From the IMG/VR virus record IMGVR_UViG_3300011712_000002: DNA of 20,000 nt; one strand, given 5' to 3'. The translations under genes and the position numbers were made by a program. The notes under the pieces are model-generated. The model did not search any database. It saw only the letters and a list, made by a program, of their open reading frames with translations, and was not told the DNA's origin. Shown here one piece after another: positions 8,295-17,004 of this stretch (position 1 is the first letter of the stretch; every line of letters begins with the position of its first letter). The DNA comes from an uncultured virus (IMG/VR IMGVR_UViG_3300011712_000002). Taxonomy: Duplodnaviria; Heunggongvirae; Uroviricota; Caudoviricetes.

Positions 8295-8502
8295 TTAATT
8301 AGAATCAGAAGTAGTGCAGTTCCAGGCGACTGACATTTGCTGAACACCCATCGACAATGGGAATGACCCTTCTCTGTAACCTTCCCCAATTAGTGCGCCC
8401 ACGCGACCGGCTACATCCTCAGAGCGGATAACGTCATCCAGTGATGATCTCGTCAGTGTCCACACCCTCAAGCGTAATGCTGATATTTAAATGTTTATAC
8501 AT
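8295..8502 (-). pseudogene. Frameshifted ~68-aa gene (one extra base near 8445)
   Basis: MYKHLNISITLEGVDTDEI then stop after ITG; removing one base gives SLDDVIRSEDVAGRVG...TSDSN*, whose TAA abuts the next gene's RBS. Confidence 0.75.
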
Positions 8503-8515
8503 ATGCGTTATTCCG

Positions 8516-8565
8516 TTGTTTTCTTATGTCTCTTATTATGCCAACAACGGACAGGCGTTAAAGCT
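8516..8565 (-). promoter_or_regulatory. Class-A promoter cassette (half operator)
   Basis: TTGTTTTCTTAT at 8516-8527; GCC-N13-CATAAT on the minus strand. Confidence 0.7.
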
Positions 8566-8631
8566 CATTGATTAGGGTTAGCAAGGGGCAAGGGTGCTAA
8601 GATTAGGCCAAACTAACGCCGGAGGTATTTG

Positions 8632-8820
8632 ATGGATTGGCTTTATGAACACGGCTTTTTGTCATGGGGCGGGGTGCTGGCGATCATAATTATCGTTTAC
8701 CTCATATGGGCAGAACGCAAACATGCCAAAACATCGATGGGTAAGCGACACGCCGAATTTAACGCTGAGATGAAGGAACGAGCGCGCACCCTGCGGGAAG
8801 AAAAGAAGTCACGCAGGTAG
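8632..8820 (+). CDS. Small single-pass membrane protein
   Basis: GGAGG RBS; hydrophobic 'WGGVLAIIIIVYLIW' followed by a basic tail. Confidence 0.8.
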   Translation: MDWLYEHGFLSWGGVLAIIIIVYLIWAERKHAKTSMGKRHAEFNAEMKERARTLREEKKSRR

Positions 8821-8854
8821 ATTCAGCATCTCCCCACCCTCAACCCTTACAATA

Positions 8855-8990
8855 GGACTTGCACCCCTTGAGAGTGTGTCCAACAATATCCACTGGTCAT
8901 GGATGACCACAGGCTCAGAACCGAAATCCAACTATAGGGATATGAGCCTGACCCTTACTCTGGGCGAGCCACCACTCGCCTTCTTTTTCT
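8855..8990 (+). ncRNA. Candidate small structured RNA (or structured 3' UTR) ending in a terminator
   Basis: Four consecutive stems at 8855-8881, 8894-8909, 8911-8949 and 8963-8980 plus U tract; TACAAT at 8848. Confidence 0.35.
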
Positions 8991-9060
8991 ATACCGGCAT
9001 CCACCCGTTTCCCGAAAATTTCCTCTGACCGTTTCTATACCGGCTCCGCGCCGCTTCCCG
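8990..9060 (+). repeat. CCGTTTCC / TATACCG repeat cluster 2
   Basis: 9005-9035 matches 4890-4920 at 27 of 31 positions; TATACCGGC at 8990 and 9036. Confidence 0.75.
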
Positions 9061-9456
9061 GAGGCTGGTGTCATTCGTCGGTGTGCTCAGGTGACGATCG
9101 GCGAATTGAGGGATTGGGGCGGCGGTGACATTCTCCCTGCGGGTGTATCGAGCGAAGGGGACTATGTGAAGGCGACGGAAATTTAGGGGTTGAATAAATA
9201 CGGTGATTGAAGCGCGCCCTCCACCATTTCACTCCCTTACAGTTCCCCCCATTCCCTATTAGTAAACATACCCATATCGACTGACCACTATAGTGAGAAA
9301 CCCCTACGTGTTTCTCTCCTTCAACGCTTAATAGCGCTATCTCTTCCTCTCTGGAATTTGCTTTCTTCCTTCTGGTGTATTCGTTACTCCCTATAACGGT
9401 TAGTGGTGAATTGCTAGTTGTGGTGTCTGGGTGTTTCTCTTCTGATAATTGTGGAG

Positions 9457-9817
9457 GTGTGGGTAATGGCATGTCTCCTTTTCCTGTATTCGCCTCTCCA
9501 GTTTCCTCTTGGGGATTTCGCATCTCGGTGGCTCGGTGCGAATCGCGGATGTGAAAGTAATGGCAGTTCCCCCTATAGCTTATTCTCTCTGTAGCTTATG
9601 CGGTTTGCTTCTTCCTCCAGTGTTGGTGCTGGATTGTCTGTGATTGCTGAATCTTCCGGGCATATGGGTAATGGCGTGTCTCCCTTTCCATTTTCCGCTG
9701 CTGTCTATGGTGATTGGGGTTCTGGGTTGCCTGCAGTAAGTCGGAGGGTTGTTCTCAGATAGCCTTACGAAAGTGAGGTGGGTGTTTGTGGTTATGGGAG
9801 TGTGGGTAATGGCAGTT
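9457..9817 (+). repeat. Four dispersed GTAATGGC-core repeats in a long non-coding block
   Basis: Cores at 9463, 9557, 9668, 9806; 3' extensions alternate RTGTCTCCYTTTCC / AGTT. Confidence 0.75.
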
Positions 9818-9837
9818 GTGCCAGCTCTTTATTGCCA

Positions 9838-9875
9838 AAACAATTTGTTTTCTTATGTGGTGAAACAAATTGTTT
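9838..9875. promoter_or_regulatory. Tandem pair of perfect class-A operator palindromes
   Basis: AAACAATTTGTTT 9838-9850 (followed by TCTTAT) and AAACAAATTGTTT 9863-9875. Confidence 0.75.
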
Positions 9876-10075
9876 TGCTATCGCATATAACGCAACGGGA
9901 GCCATTCTCAGTGTATCTATCTTGTATGTGGCAAATGGTATTGCTTTGAAGAGATATCTCTTCCCTGGCGTGGTTCTGGCGATTCCTTGGCGGGTATAAG
10001 TGGGGTGGCTGCAACAGATCAACTTTTGGGGCAAAAAGAGGGGGTGGCGTTGACTTTTTGTTGATCGGTTATTTA

Positions 10076-10120
10076 TTTGTTTTCTTATGGGTGAATATGC
10101 CCACAATCCCAGGTGGTTAC
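10076..10120 (-). promoter_or_regulatory. Class-A-like cassette pointing into non-coding DNA
   Basis: TTTGTTTTCTTAT 10076-10088 with CATATT -10-like element upstream on the minus strand. Confidence 0.5.
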
Positions 10121-10194
10121 TGGTGTGGGCTTATCAATTTAGTGTAAAATAGCCAGGTCAACTTGCTCTTATAGAAAAGGTCAATTATTGACTT

Positions 10195-11385
10195 TCATCG
10201 CCCTTCAGCCAAGCCTAAAATTCTCTTCTCAAACGCAAGGTCTTCGAGATGCTTTTGAATGTATAAGTCCGGACCAAGTGGCGGCAAAGGGGGGGTATGG
10301 CTTCGGCTGAACTGCTCATAGCTGTCACGCATGTTTGTCTCAACCTCCCAAAGCTCAATCTCCTTGAAAGCTACGCCACCATTTTTCTGAAGTTTACTTA
10401 CCGTATCAGCAATAGAAAATTTAAGATAAGGATTTAGGCCAATGAAATTGCCTGCGAGCATATCATCTACTTGTTTCACATTTGCTATGACTGCAAATTT
10501 CTCGATTGCAGTATCAATGCTCCAACCGGAAACAAAAAGTAAAAGCGCAGCAAAAGCTAACAACTTTTCTTCACCGTCAGCTCTGTCACGCACAGCTTTG
10601 CTTTTGAATTCTGCGAAATTGTTGACTATGAATGACGTCAGTTGAAGGGTTTTTTTGTACTCATCTCGAAGCAGGGCCGGGTCGATAAGTAATTTTTGTT
10701 TGCCGTTCTGTAGATATTTTTGTAAATCGATAATGTGTTTTGGCCAAATTTTTAGCTCATCTAGCACTATCAACGTGGGCTGATGAATCCTTACGGCTTC
10801 TCGTTGAATGGCCTCCTCCCAGGAAAAGCCAGGGACGGTTGCTTGTACTGGAGTAAATGGCAACAATGTGTCCCTTCCGTTAGCATATGGGTATCTCTGG
10901 AGGCGAATGATAAATTCTAACCAATTCAGATCATCTTCAGTGATATCAATAACAAACGTTGAAGACGTGCGTTTTTCAAAAAACCACTGACGCATTAGCC
11001 TCATAGTCTCTTGTGAAAAGATACCTTCTTGGATACCAGCGCATACTAACTTCCTGATGACATGTGTGATTTTCGTCCTATCTGTAGTATAGCGAACCAG
11101 ATGTTGGCCTACTTCGTGCGACAAACGATCGCCATAAAAATCACATGATGGATGATGAGCACTTTCTCCGTTGGCACCTATGAAGCGAAAATGAGCTTTT
11201 TTATGATAAATGCCAGTTTGTGTTGCTCTTACATAGGTGCCTCCACTAGCCTCACAGACCGGACAAATTATATCTTGATGTGCAAACTCATGTATTTGGC
11301 TTTTTTCAATACCTAAAAGCTCAACGTACTGCTCAGGGTCTACTTCTTTCATAAGATGTTTCGAAAACGCTGTGTCAGTCATCAA
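10195..11385 (-). CDS. Hypothetical protein with N-terminal Zn-ribbon (CoiA N-terminus-like)
   Basis: 'ICPVC...KAHFRF...HHPSC' motif; 396-aa ORF; GGGAG RBS; AT-richer than neighbours. Confidence 0.75.
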   Translation of the reverse strand: MMTDTAFSKHLMKEVDPEQYVELLGIEKSQIHEFAHQDIICPVCEASGGTYVRATQTGIYHKKAHFRFIGANGESAHHPSCDFYGDRLSHEVGQHLVRYTTDRTKITHVIRKLVCAGIQEGIFSQETMRLMRQWFFEKRTSSTFVIDITEDDLNWLEFIIRLQRYPYANGRDTLLPFTPVQATVPGFSWEEAIQREAVRIHQPTLIVLDELKIWPKHIIDLQKYLQNGKQKLLIDPALLRDEYKKTLQLTSFIVNNFAEFKSKAVRDRADGEEKLLAFAALLLFVSGWSIDTAIEKFAVIANVKQVDDMLAGNFIGLNPYLKFSIADTVSKLQKNGGVAFKEIELWEVETNMRDSYEQFSRSHTPPLPPLGPDLYIQKHLEDLAFEKRILGLAEGR

Positions 11386-11518
11386 TCAGCTCCCATATGT
11401 TTATAGTTACTGCAACCTTGCAATACTATCACTCGAACAACTATTCATGGCATCTAAGGTTTAAGAACACACAAATTTAAACAGATATATTATTTACTTA
11501 TTTGTTTAAACAAATCAT

Positions 11519-13204
11519 TCACTTTAGACATTTGAAAATGCAGACGGTGACAGTAACGCCGGTGTCCTCGAACTCTCGTTCAAATGTTTTCCCGATCGCA
11601 CATGCAAATCGGCGGTCGTCAATCCACTCACTTAGGTTTGGCAAACCAGGGAGAACAGCCACCAGCCGGCCGCCAACATTCAAATGTTCCAGAGCGGCGA
11701 GAGTATGTGTTTTGGCACGACCTTCGGAGTAAGGCGGGTTCATGGCTATCTTGTCGAACTTCATCTTGGAGTAGTCTTTTGTCCAGGCCATGAAATCGAG
11801 GTTATGCACATCAGTGAAGCCTTTCTCCTTCAGGATCTCCGCAAATAGCGGCGCCACCTCAACGCAGGTCGCAAACTCATGTGCCAGCGGAACCGCCGCA
11901 AGCAAGTCACCTCGCCCAGCAGAAGGCTCAAGCAGGCTTTCACCCGGCTGCATATTCAATGCGGCCGCAACGTACTCGGCGATTGGTAGAGGGGTTGGAT
12001 AGAATTGGTGAGCAACGACATCTGGTATCTGGCCGGTGGCCATGATCATGCTGATAATGTTCCCAGGCTCATATGGGAATATAAAGCAATGGCTGCTGGT
12101 TTGAACGCCGCCGATCCGCTTAATGACAGCGTCAGCCTTCTCTATCTCTGATTTGGACAAACCATGATGACTATACGACCAGCTGCCGTAACGATTACTC
12201 ATCGTTGATAACGCTCTTCTCGCCTGGCTGCTCACTTCCGTGTGAACATGCCCAAACTCTTTCGGCGGGGCGCTCTTTGCAGGTGGCTTACGAAGCTCTG
12301 ACGGGATCGAGGCTGGCATTGCCACCGCCAGAACTTCATTGAGTTTCCAGGCTACGTCCGGGTGAACCTGAATGTGCAGGTTGCCGTTCTTGAACATCTT
12401 CACTCGCATCAAGTTACCGTCGATGCTGTACCAAGTGTTCATTGCCTTGTTGTCACGGTAAAGCGCGCTGAACACATGACGTGACGGTGCCACCTCTGTA
12501 ATTTCCTGATGCGCGAAGAAGTGAAGCATCACACGCAGGTCGTCGAGCACGTCCTCTTTGCGGTAGTTGATTGAAATACTGTCATTCCAATAGTCGGTAA
12601 AGACATAGGAGATGATCATCTTTTCTGAGAAGCCAAAAACCTTGTTCGTTTTGTGGTTCGGACTCAGCGCCTTGAATAGCCCATGCACACGTTCAACCAG
12701 ATATTTGTGTCGGTCGTTGAGCAATGACACCATGGTTGGCACAACAGTGTTAAGGGTGAACTCTGGAACGCCCACATATTTCTTGGCACGGTAAGTGTCC
12801 TTGAACATTCCCGTTTTACGCTCCTCGGTTACTTCCATCTTCCCGTAGATGAATTGCTCACGCCATTCCTCACGGCGCGCAGCTGGCATGATCATCAGAA
12901 CGTTCGTCATTTCCGTCACCCGCTGCCAATAACGGGCGTGAATGTTTTCCTTCACATGCTGCAAGTTAACTTTGGAAAGGGTGCTTCCGGGGCGCGCGCT
13001 GCAATCTGGCTGGTGGTTCAGCTCCAACAGTCGATTAATCATCTGATACCGGTCATCACCATAAACGTAGTCGTGCACCTCGTGCATCAGGGCAATCTCT
13101 CGATCGCACTCTGCTACGATGTTATTGATTATCGCCAGCTCTTCGCGGAATGCCACGCTGCTGCCAGGGGATGATGCTTCGATGATTGAAAGTGCTGTGC
13201 TCAT
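11519..13204 (-). CDS. DUF4942-type protein with C-terminal amino (N6-adenine-type) DNA methyltransferase domain
   Basis: 'QFYPTP', SAM motif 'LLEPSAGRGDL', catalytic 'MNPPY'; central 'VKMFKNGNLHI' typical of DUF4942. Confidence 0.85.
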   Translation of the reverse strand: MSTALSIIEASSPGSSVAFREELAIINNIVAECDREIALMHEVHDYVYGDDRYQMINRLLELNHQPDCSARPGSTLSKVNLQHVKENIHARYWQRVTEMTNVLMIMPAARREEWREQFIYGKMEVTEERKTGMFKDTYRAKKYVGVPEFTLNTVVPTMVSLLNDRHKYLVERVHGLFKALSPNHKTNKVFGFSEKMIISYVFTDYWNDSISINYRKEDVLDDLRVMLHFFAHQEITEVAPSRHVFSALYRDNKAMNTWYSIDGNLMRVKMFKNGNLHIQVHPDVAWKLNEVLAVAMPASIPSELRKPPAKSAPPKEFGHVHTEVSSQARRALSTMSNRYGSWSYSHHGLSKSEIEKADAVIKRIGGVQTSSHCFIFPYEPGNIISMIMATGQIPDVVAHQFYPTPLPIAEYVAAALNMQPGESLLEPSAGRGDLLAAVPLAHEFATCVEVAPLFAEILKEKGFTDVHNLDFMAWTKDYSKMKFDKIAMNPPYSEGRAKTHTLAALEHLNVGGRLVAVLPGLPNLSEWIDDRRFACAIGKTFEREFEDTGVTVTVCIFKCLK

Positions 13205-13216
13205 TTGCTCACCATT

Positions 13217-13280
13217 AAACAAAATGTTTTCTTATTGGTGTTATTATTCCATATAAGACAAGGCATAAAACAATTTGTTT
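13217..13280 (-). promoter_or_regulatory. Class-A cassette with two operators between divergent genes
   Basis: AAACAAAATGTTTTCTTAT 13217-13235; GCC-N13-AATAAT; AAACAATTTGTTT 13268-13280. Confidence 0.8.
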
Positions 13281-13339
13281 ACGGCGTTATGCTAATTGTA
13301 AAATGTCAAGACTTTCAACGGTTGAAAAGGATTTTAACC

Positions 13340-13636
13340 ATGGCTTTCGGGCTTCAGTGCTGGGATGGGAGCGGCAGGCTTGTCGTCGATCTTAGCGATT
13401 ACAATTGTCGTTTTATTGGCACATACACTGCGAAAATGGCATCAGGAGCTAAATCGTTTACCCAATCTGTACCAGGGATCAATGCTTCAAATTCATTCGC
13501 CATCATCACGCACAACTCATTCGGAGGGTTCGTCGATTGTTATTGTGTTACAGGCACAAACAGTTTCACTTTGTACCAGATGAACGGCTACTACTCATCC
13601 GAGACGTTCACGGTTGAAGTGTACCGGTACGCATAA
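13340..13636 (+). CDS. Siphophage tail-tip-associated small protein-like (98 aa)
   Basis: 'MAFGLQCWDGSGRLVVD' N-terminus resembles the small gene following central fibre J in T1/phi80-like phages; AAGGA RBS. Confidence 0.6.
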   Translation: MAFGLQCWDGSGRLVVDLSDYNCRFIGTYTAKMASGAKSFTQSVPGINASNSFAIITHNSFGGFVDCYCVTGTNSFTLYQMNGYYSSETFTVEVYRYA

Positions 13637-13645
13637 GGAGGTTAC

Positions 13646-14296
13646 ATGTCATATGGATTTGAGTTATTCAACAATGCTGGGGCGGTCATGGTCGATTCTG
13701 ACAATCGAACCACGCTTTTTTCAGACATCAGAAATATTACTGGCCTAACTGACATAGGCTATTACCAAGTCAAAAACCCATTTGGCGGCGACTATCCTTT
13801 TGGCTTTTTGCCAAGTAACAGTTGGCCACAACCTGGTTATCTCTACTGGTATCAGCTAAATCCCGGTGCGTTCGCGATGCCTGGCGCCTGGTGCTTTCAA
13901 AACAATAGTGGTCGCATTATTAGAACCAGCCGAAACGTTGCGATCCAGAGTGGTTATCTTGATGTATTGAACGCCAGCGGCCAGCTGGTTTGGAGTGCTA
14001 AAAGCGCGGAGCTTGCGCCGCGCATCAGAGGTTTTATTGACCTTCCTACCAACTCGCCGGTGGATTCATCTACTGTGTCCTTTAACGTCAACTTTAACCC
14101 ATGGATTTTAATGAATGCGTTGCCTGGGAACATATCTGACGATGGCGAGGTTGTAGGTTACTCTGGGCTTATTACCAAGTGGACAGGCACTCAAATTCAA
14201 TGCCGATACGTCAGCAAAAAGCAGCCAACATATGCGCAGTCTTTTGGCGTTCGCGGTGGGCTTAGAGTTCCCTATGCTCAATTCACCAACTACTAA
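13646..14296 (+). CDS. Siphophage tail-tip/receptor-binding-like protein
   Basis: Repeated 'YGFELFNNAGAVMVDS' / 'GYLDVLNASGQLVWSA' motif typical of post-J tail-tip proteins; GGAGG RBS. Confidence 0.6.
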   Translation: MSYGFELFNNAGAVMVDSDNRTTLFSDIRNITGLTDIGYYQVKNPFGGDYPFGFLPSNSWPQPGYLYWYQLNPGAFAMPGAWCFQNNSGRIIRTSRNVAIQSGYLDVLNASGQLVWSAKSAELAPRIRGFIDLPTNSPVDSSTVSFNVNFNPWILMNALPGNISDDGEVVGYSGLITKWTGTQIQCRYVSKKQPTYAQSFGVRGGLRVPYAQFTNY

Positions 14297-14298
14297 TT

Positions 14299-14317
14299 AA
14301 GGGGCGGATTGCCCCTT
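14299..14317 (+). terminator. Hairpin closing the tail-like operon
   Basis: AAGGGGC-GGATT-GCCCCTT. Confidence 0.65.
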
Positions 14318-14321
14318 CCAT

Positions 14322-14369
14322 TTGGCTAATCGCAAAAGTCGATCTATTATACTGTATATACGTACAGTT
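14322..14369 (+). promoter_or_regulatory. SOS promoter with LexA box
   Basis: TTGGCT-N17-TATTAT followed by CTG-TATATACGTA-CAG at 14352-14367. Confidence 0.9.
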
Positions 14370-14387
14370 ATTTCGAGAGATAGCCGA

Positions 14388-15653
14388 ATGTTTGCCCTCG
14401 TCGATGCTAATTCATTTTATGCCTCTTGTGAGGCAATTTTCCGACCTGATCTGCGCGGGAAGCCAGTTGTGGTCTGCTCTAACAACGACGGCTGCATCGT
14501 TGCTCGATCTGCCGAAGCAAAGAAATTAGGCATAAAAATGGGTGATCCACTATTCAAAAACGAGCGTTTCTTTGAAGAGAAGGGCGTAGTCGTCTTTTCC
14601 AGCAATTATGCTCTCTATGCCGACATGAGCAAGCGTATGATGACCATAATGGGTGAGATGGCTCCAGGCCAAGAGATTTACAGTATTGACGAAAGTTTCC
14701 TTGATGTATCAGGCATTTCCAGATGTATACCTCTTGAAGATTTTGGGCATCAGCTTCGAAATCGCATCAAAAAAGAAACGTTTCTAACCGTAGGTGTGGG
14801 GTTTGCGCAAAGTAAAACTTTGGCAAAGCTGGCAAATCACGCTGCCAAAAAATGGTCCAAAACAAACGGGGTGCTGGACTTATCCAGTCCGGTGCGACAG
14901 CGCAAACTGATGGCTCTCGTCGATGTAAGTGATGTCTGGGGTGTTGGGAGCCGATTAACTAAGAGGCTCAACCAGATGGGCATTGAAACGGCGCTACAGC
15001 TGGCACAGGCCAACACGACGATGATCCACAAACATTTCGGCGTAGTGCTTGAGCGCACCGTCCGTGAGCTGAATGGTGAATCGTGCATCCCACTTGAAGA
15101 GCAGCCGCCACCAAAGCAGCAGATCGTCACCTCCAAATCCTTTGGGCAGCGCGTTGAGCGCCTGGAAGACATGGAACATGCCGTTTGCACTTATGCCGTT
15201 CGTGCGTCAGAGAAATTGAGAGAACAAAAATCACGTTGCCGGCTTATTACTGTTTTCATTGCAACGAGCCGCTACGCCAATGAGCCTCAATATGGCAACA
15301 GCTCTTCGATCACCTGCGAATACCCGACTGCCGACACGCGTGACATTGTAGCGTTTGCCATGCAGTGTCTGAAAAGGATATGGCGTGATGGCTATCGTTA
15401 CGCGCGCGCGGGTATCATGCTCGGCGACTTCTTCCAGGGCGGTGTCGCTCAATTGGATATGTTCAGCGAGCACCAGCCACGAGCCAAAGCAGATGAGCTA
15501 ATGTGTGTCATCGACAAGATTAATAAAACAGGGTTGGGGAAGGTTTGGTTCGCAGGGCAGGGGGTTGATAACCAATGGCAGATGAAGCGCGAGATGCTTT
15601 CCCCGCGCTACACCACATGTCTGAAGGAATTACCGATCGCTTACTGTAAGTGA
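14388..15653 (+). CDS. umuC: Y-family DNA polymerase V catalytic subunit
   Basis: 'MFALVDANSFYASCE', 'SNNDGC', 'YSIDESF', C-terminal 'WQMKREMLSPRYTT'. Confidence 0.97.
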   Translation: MFALVDANSFYASCEAIFRPDLRGKPVVVCSNNDGCIVARSAEAKKLGIKMGDPLFKNERFFEEKGVVVFSSNYALYADMSKRMMTIMGEMAPGQEIYSIDESFLDVSGISRCIPLEDFGHQLRNRIKKETFLTVGVGFAQSKTLAKLANHAAKKWSKTNGVLDLSSPVRQRKLMALVDVSDVWGVGSRLTKRLNQMGIETALQLAQANTTMIHKHFGVVLERTVRELNGESCIPLEEQPPPKQQIVTSKSFGQRVERLEDMEHAVCTYAVRASEKLREQKSRCRLITVFIATSRYANEPQYGNSSSITCEYPTADTRDIVAFAMQCLKRIWRDGYRYARAGIMLGDFFQGGVAQLDMFSEHQPRAKADELMCVIDKINKTGLGKVWFAGQGVDNQWQMKREMLSPRYTTCLKELPIAYCK

Positions 15654-16370
15654 CGCATCTCCCAAACCGGTCGCGGCCAGAATAAGACGTGACATCTTGC
15701 CCTTAGCCACTGAGTTTAGATCGCGCCCATCGGCTGGGTATTTCGCCCACTCCATCAGCTCGAAGAGGTCTGGCAAATCGACACCCTCGCCAGAAATAAC
15801 TTCCGTGTATAGGAACTGGTCGAATGGTGTGACGCAGTCAGTGCCGTCCTTTGGGTCATTCTCATCGAGCCACACCTTGCGCGCCGCTCTCACTGCCTCG
15901 CGGAATGATCGTGACATCGATTGTAGAGATGACAGCTGCCAGCTCTGCTTGTACAAATCACGCGCCTGAATCACCTGAGCGTGTGATTCTTCGAGCATGG
16001 CAATACGGTCTTTGGCTGCGGCCAGTTGAAGAGCTGGCGTCTCTCCATCATTACGCTGGATAGTGACCGTAAAAGCCCCCATTTCAGGCAATTGATATAC
16101 CAGCTCATAATAGTTTGTGGCCGGTGTGTCCTTAAACTCCCTGGCGAACATCATTGCTGCCATACCTGACATCGGCCCACTACTTAGGAATTTCAAAAGT
16201 CCACCAGCGGGTGAGTCCATTTCATCGCGCATTTCCTCGGCTTGCTCTTGCGCTTTGTGAGCATACCAACTGTTAATATCGTGGTTGAGAAGCTCTTCGG
16301 TTGGCACACCCTTTAGAAACGTCTCCATCAATGCCTGGCGATCGAGGGTGCTGGTGGTCTCATGCTGCAT
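15630..16370 (-). CDS. Hypothetical phage protein with central coiled coil
   Basis: GGAG RBS before ATG 16370; start overlaps the HD gene end; 3' end overlaps umuC by 24 bp. Confidence 0.75.
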   Translation of the reverse strand: MQHETTSTLDRQALMETFLKGVPTEELLNHDINSWYAHKAQEQAEEMRDEMDSPAGGLLKFLSSGPMSGMAAMMFAREFKDTPATNYYELVYQLPEMGAFTVTIQRNDGETPALQLAAAKDRIAMLEESHAQVIQARDLYKQSWQLSSLQSMSRSFREAVRAARKVWLDENDPKDGTDCVTPFDQFLYTEVISGEGVDLPDLFELMEWAKYPADGRDLNSVAKGKMSRLILAATGLGDASLTVSDR

Positions 16371-16962
16371 CTTGTTCACTCCACGCTGTCTGGATGGTGC
16401 GCAGATGCTTCAAATGGCGCGCCTTGAAGCTGGTGCTCAACTGTTCATAGCCCCACACTAATTTTGCACGGACAATGTCGGCCAGACCGCCTTCCATCAG
16501 GCCGAAGATTTCATCCATCATGAACTCTTTTTCAGCGAGGTAGATCGCTGCAAATCCGTGGTCATGCTCAACGATGGAAGAGGTGTTATGCAGCAGATCG
16601 CACAGCTTAATCACCATCGTTTCTTCATCGAGGCTATTAATCAGCGCGCGGCAGTTGATAACGAAACGCTGTACGCGGTTGCCATCTTCTTTGCCGGCTT
16701 TATTGGTCAACGCGTCAACCTTCCAGGCAATACTCTCGCCAAACGCCTCTTTCAGATCGTCAAAGGTCAACTGAGTGTCTTCAATGACATCGTGAAGATA
16801 CGCGGCCGCAATCATATCTCTGGTGCCGCCATGCGCACGAACCAGCTCGGCAACAGCGGTTGGGTGGGTGATGTACGGCTCGTTAGTGTACTTGCGGCGT
16901 TGACCAACAGCGCCGTGAGCAGCGGTCGCATAAGTGCGAGCTTTGTCGATGATGATGTCCAT
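16360..16962 (-). CDS. Stand-alone RelA/SpoT-type HD hydrolase (small alarmone hydrolase/Mesh1-like)
   Basis: 'AH..Q.RK...EPYITHP..VA', 'AAYLHDVIEDT', 'IKLCDLLHN'. Confidence 0.85.
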   Translation of the reverse strand: MDIIIDKARTYATAAHGAVGQRRKYTNEPYITHPTAVAELVRAHGGTRDMIAAAYLHDVIEDTQLTFDDLKEAFGESIAWKVDALTNKAGKEDGNRVQRFVINCRALINSLDEETMVIKLCDLLHNTSSIVEHDHGFAAIYLAEKEFMMDEIFGLMEGGLADIVRAKLVWGYEQLSTSFKARHLKHLRTIQTAWSEQDAA

Positions 16963-16978
16963 GATTTACCTAAATGAG

Positions 16979-16998
16979 ATGGGCGCCGTAGCGCCCAT
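16979..16998. terminator. Hairpin between genes
   Basis: ATGGGCGC-CGTA-GCGCCCAT. Confidence 0.55.
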
Positions 16999-17004
16999 TT
17001 TAAA

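Noticed and set aside
9071..9523. 150-aa minus-strand ORF and other short ORFs in 9749-10106
   Set aside because: No RBS, biased composition explained by strand skew, and overlap with operator repeats
9457..9817. CRISPR-like array from GTAATGGC repeats
   Set aside because: Degenerate, non-palindromic, irregular 94-138 nt spacing
11482..11501. Third class-B operator (AGATATATTATTTACTTAT)
   Set aside because: Only the TACTTA end matches, in AT-rich DNA
13205..13339. N-terminal extensions in the ORF track (also 1470, 3450, 7961, 8389, 14322)
   Set aside because: They cross promoters/operators or upstream genes; internal ATGs with RBS or family-typical N-termini are better starts
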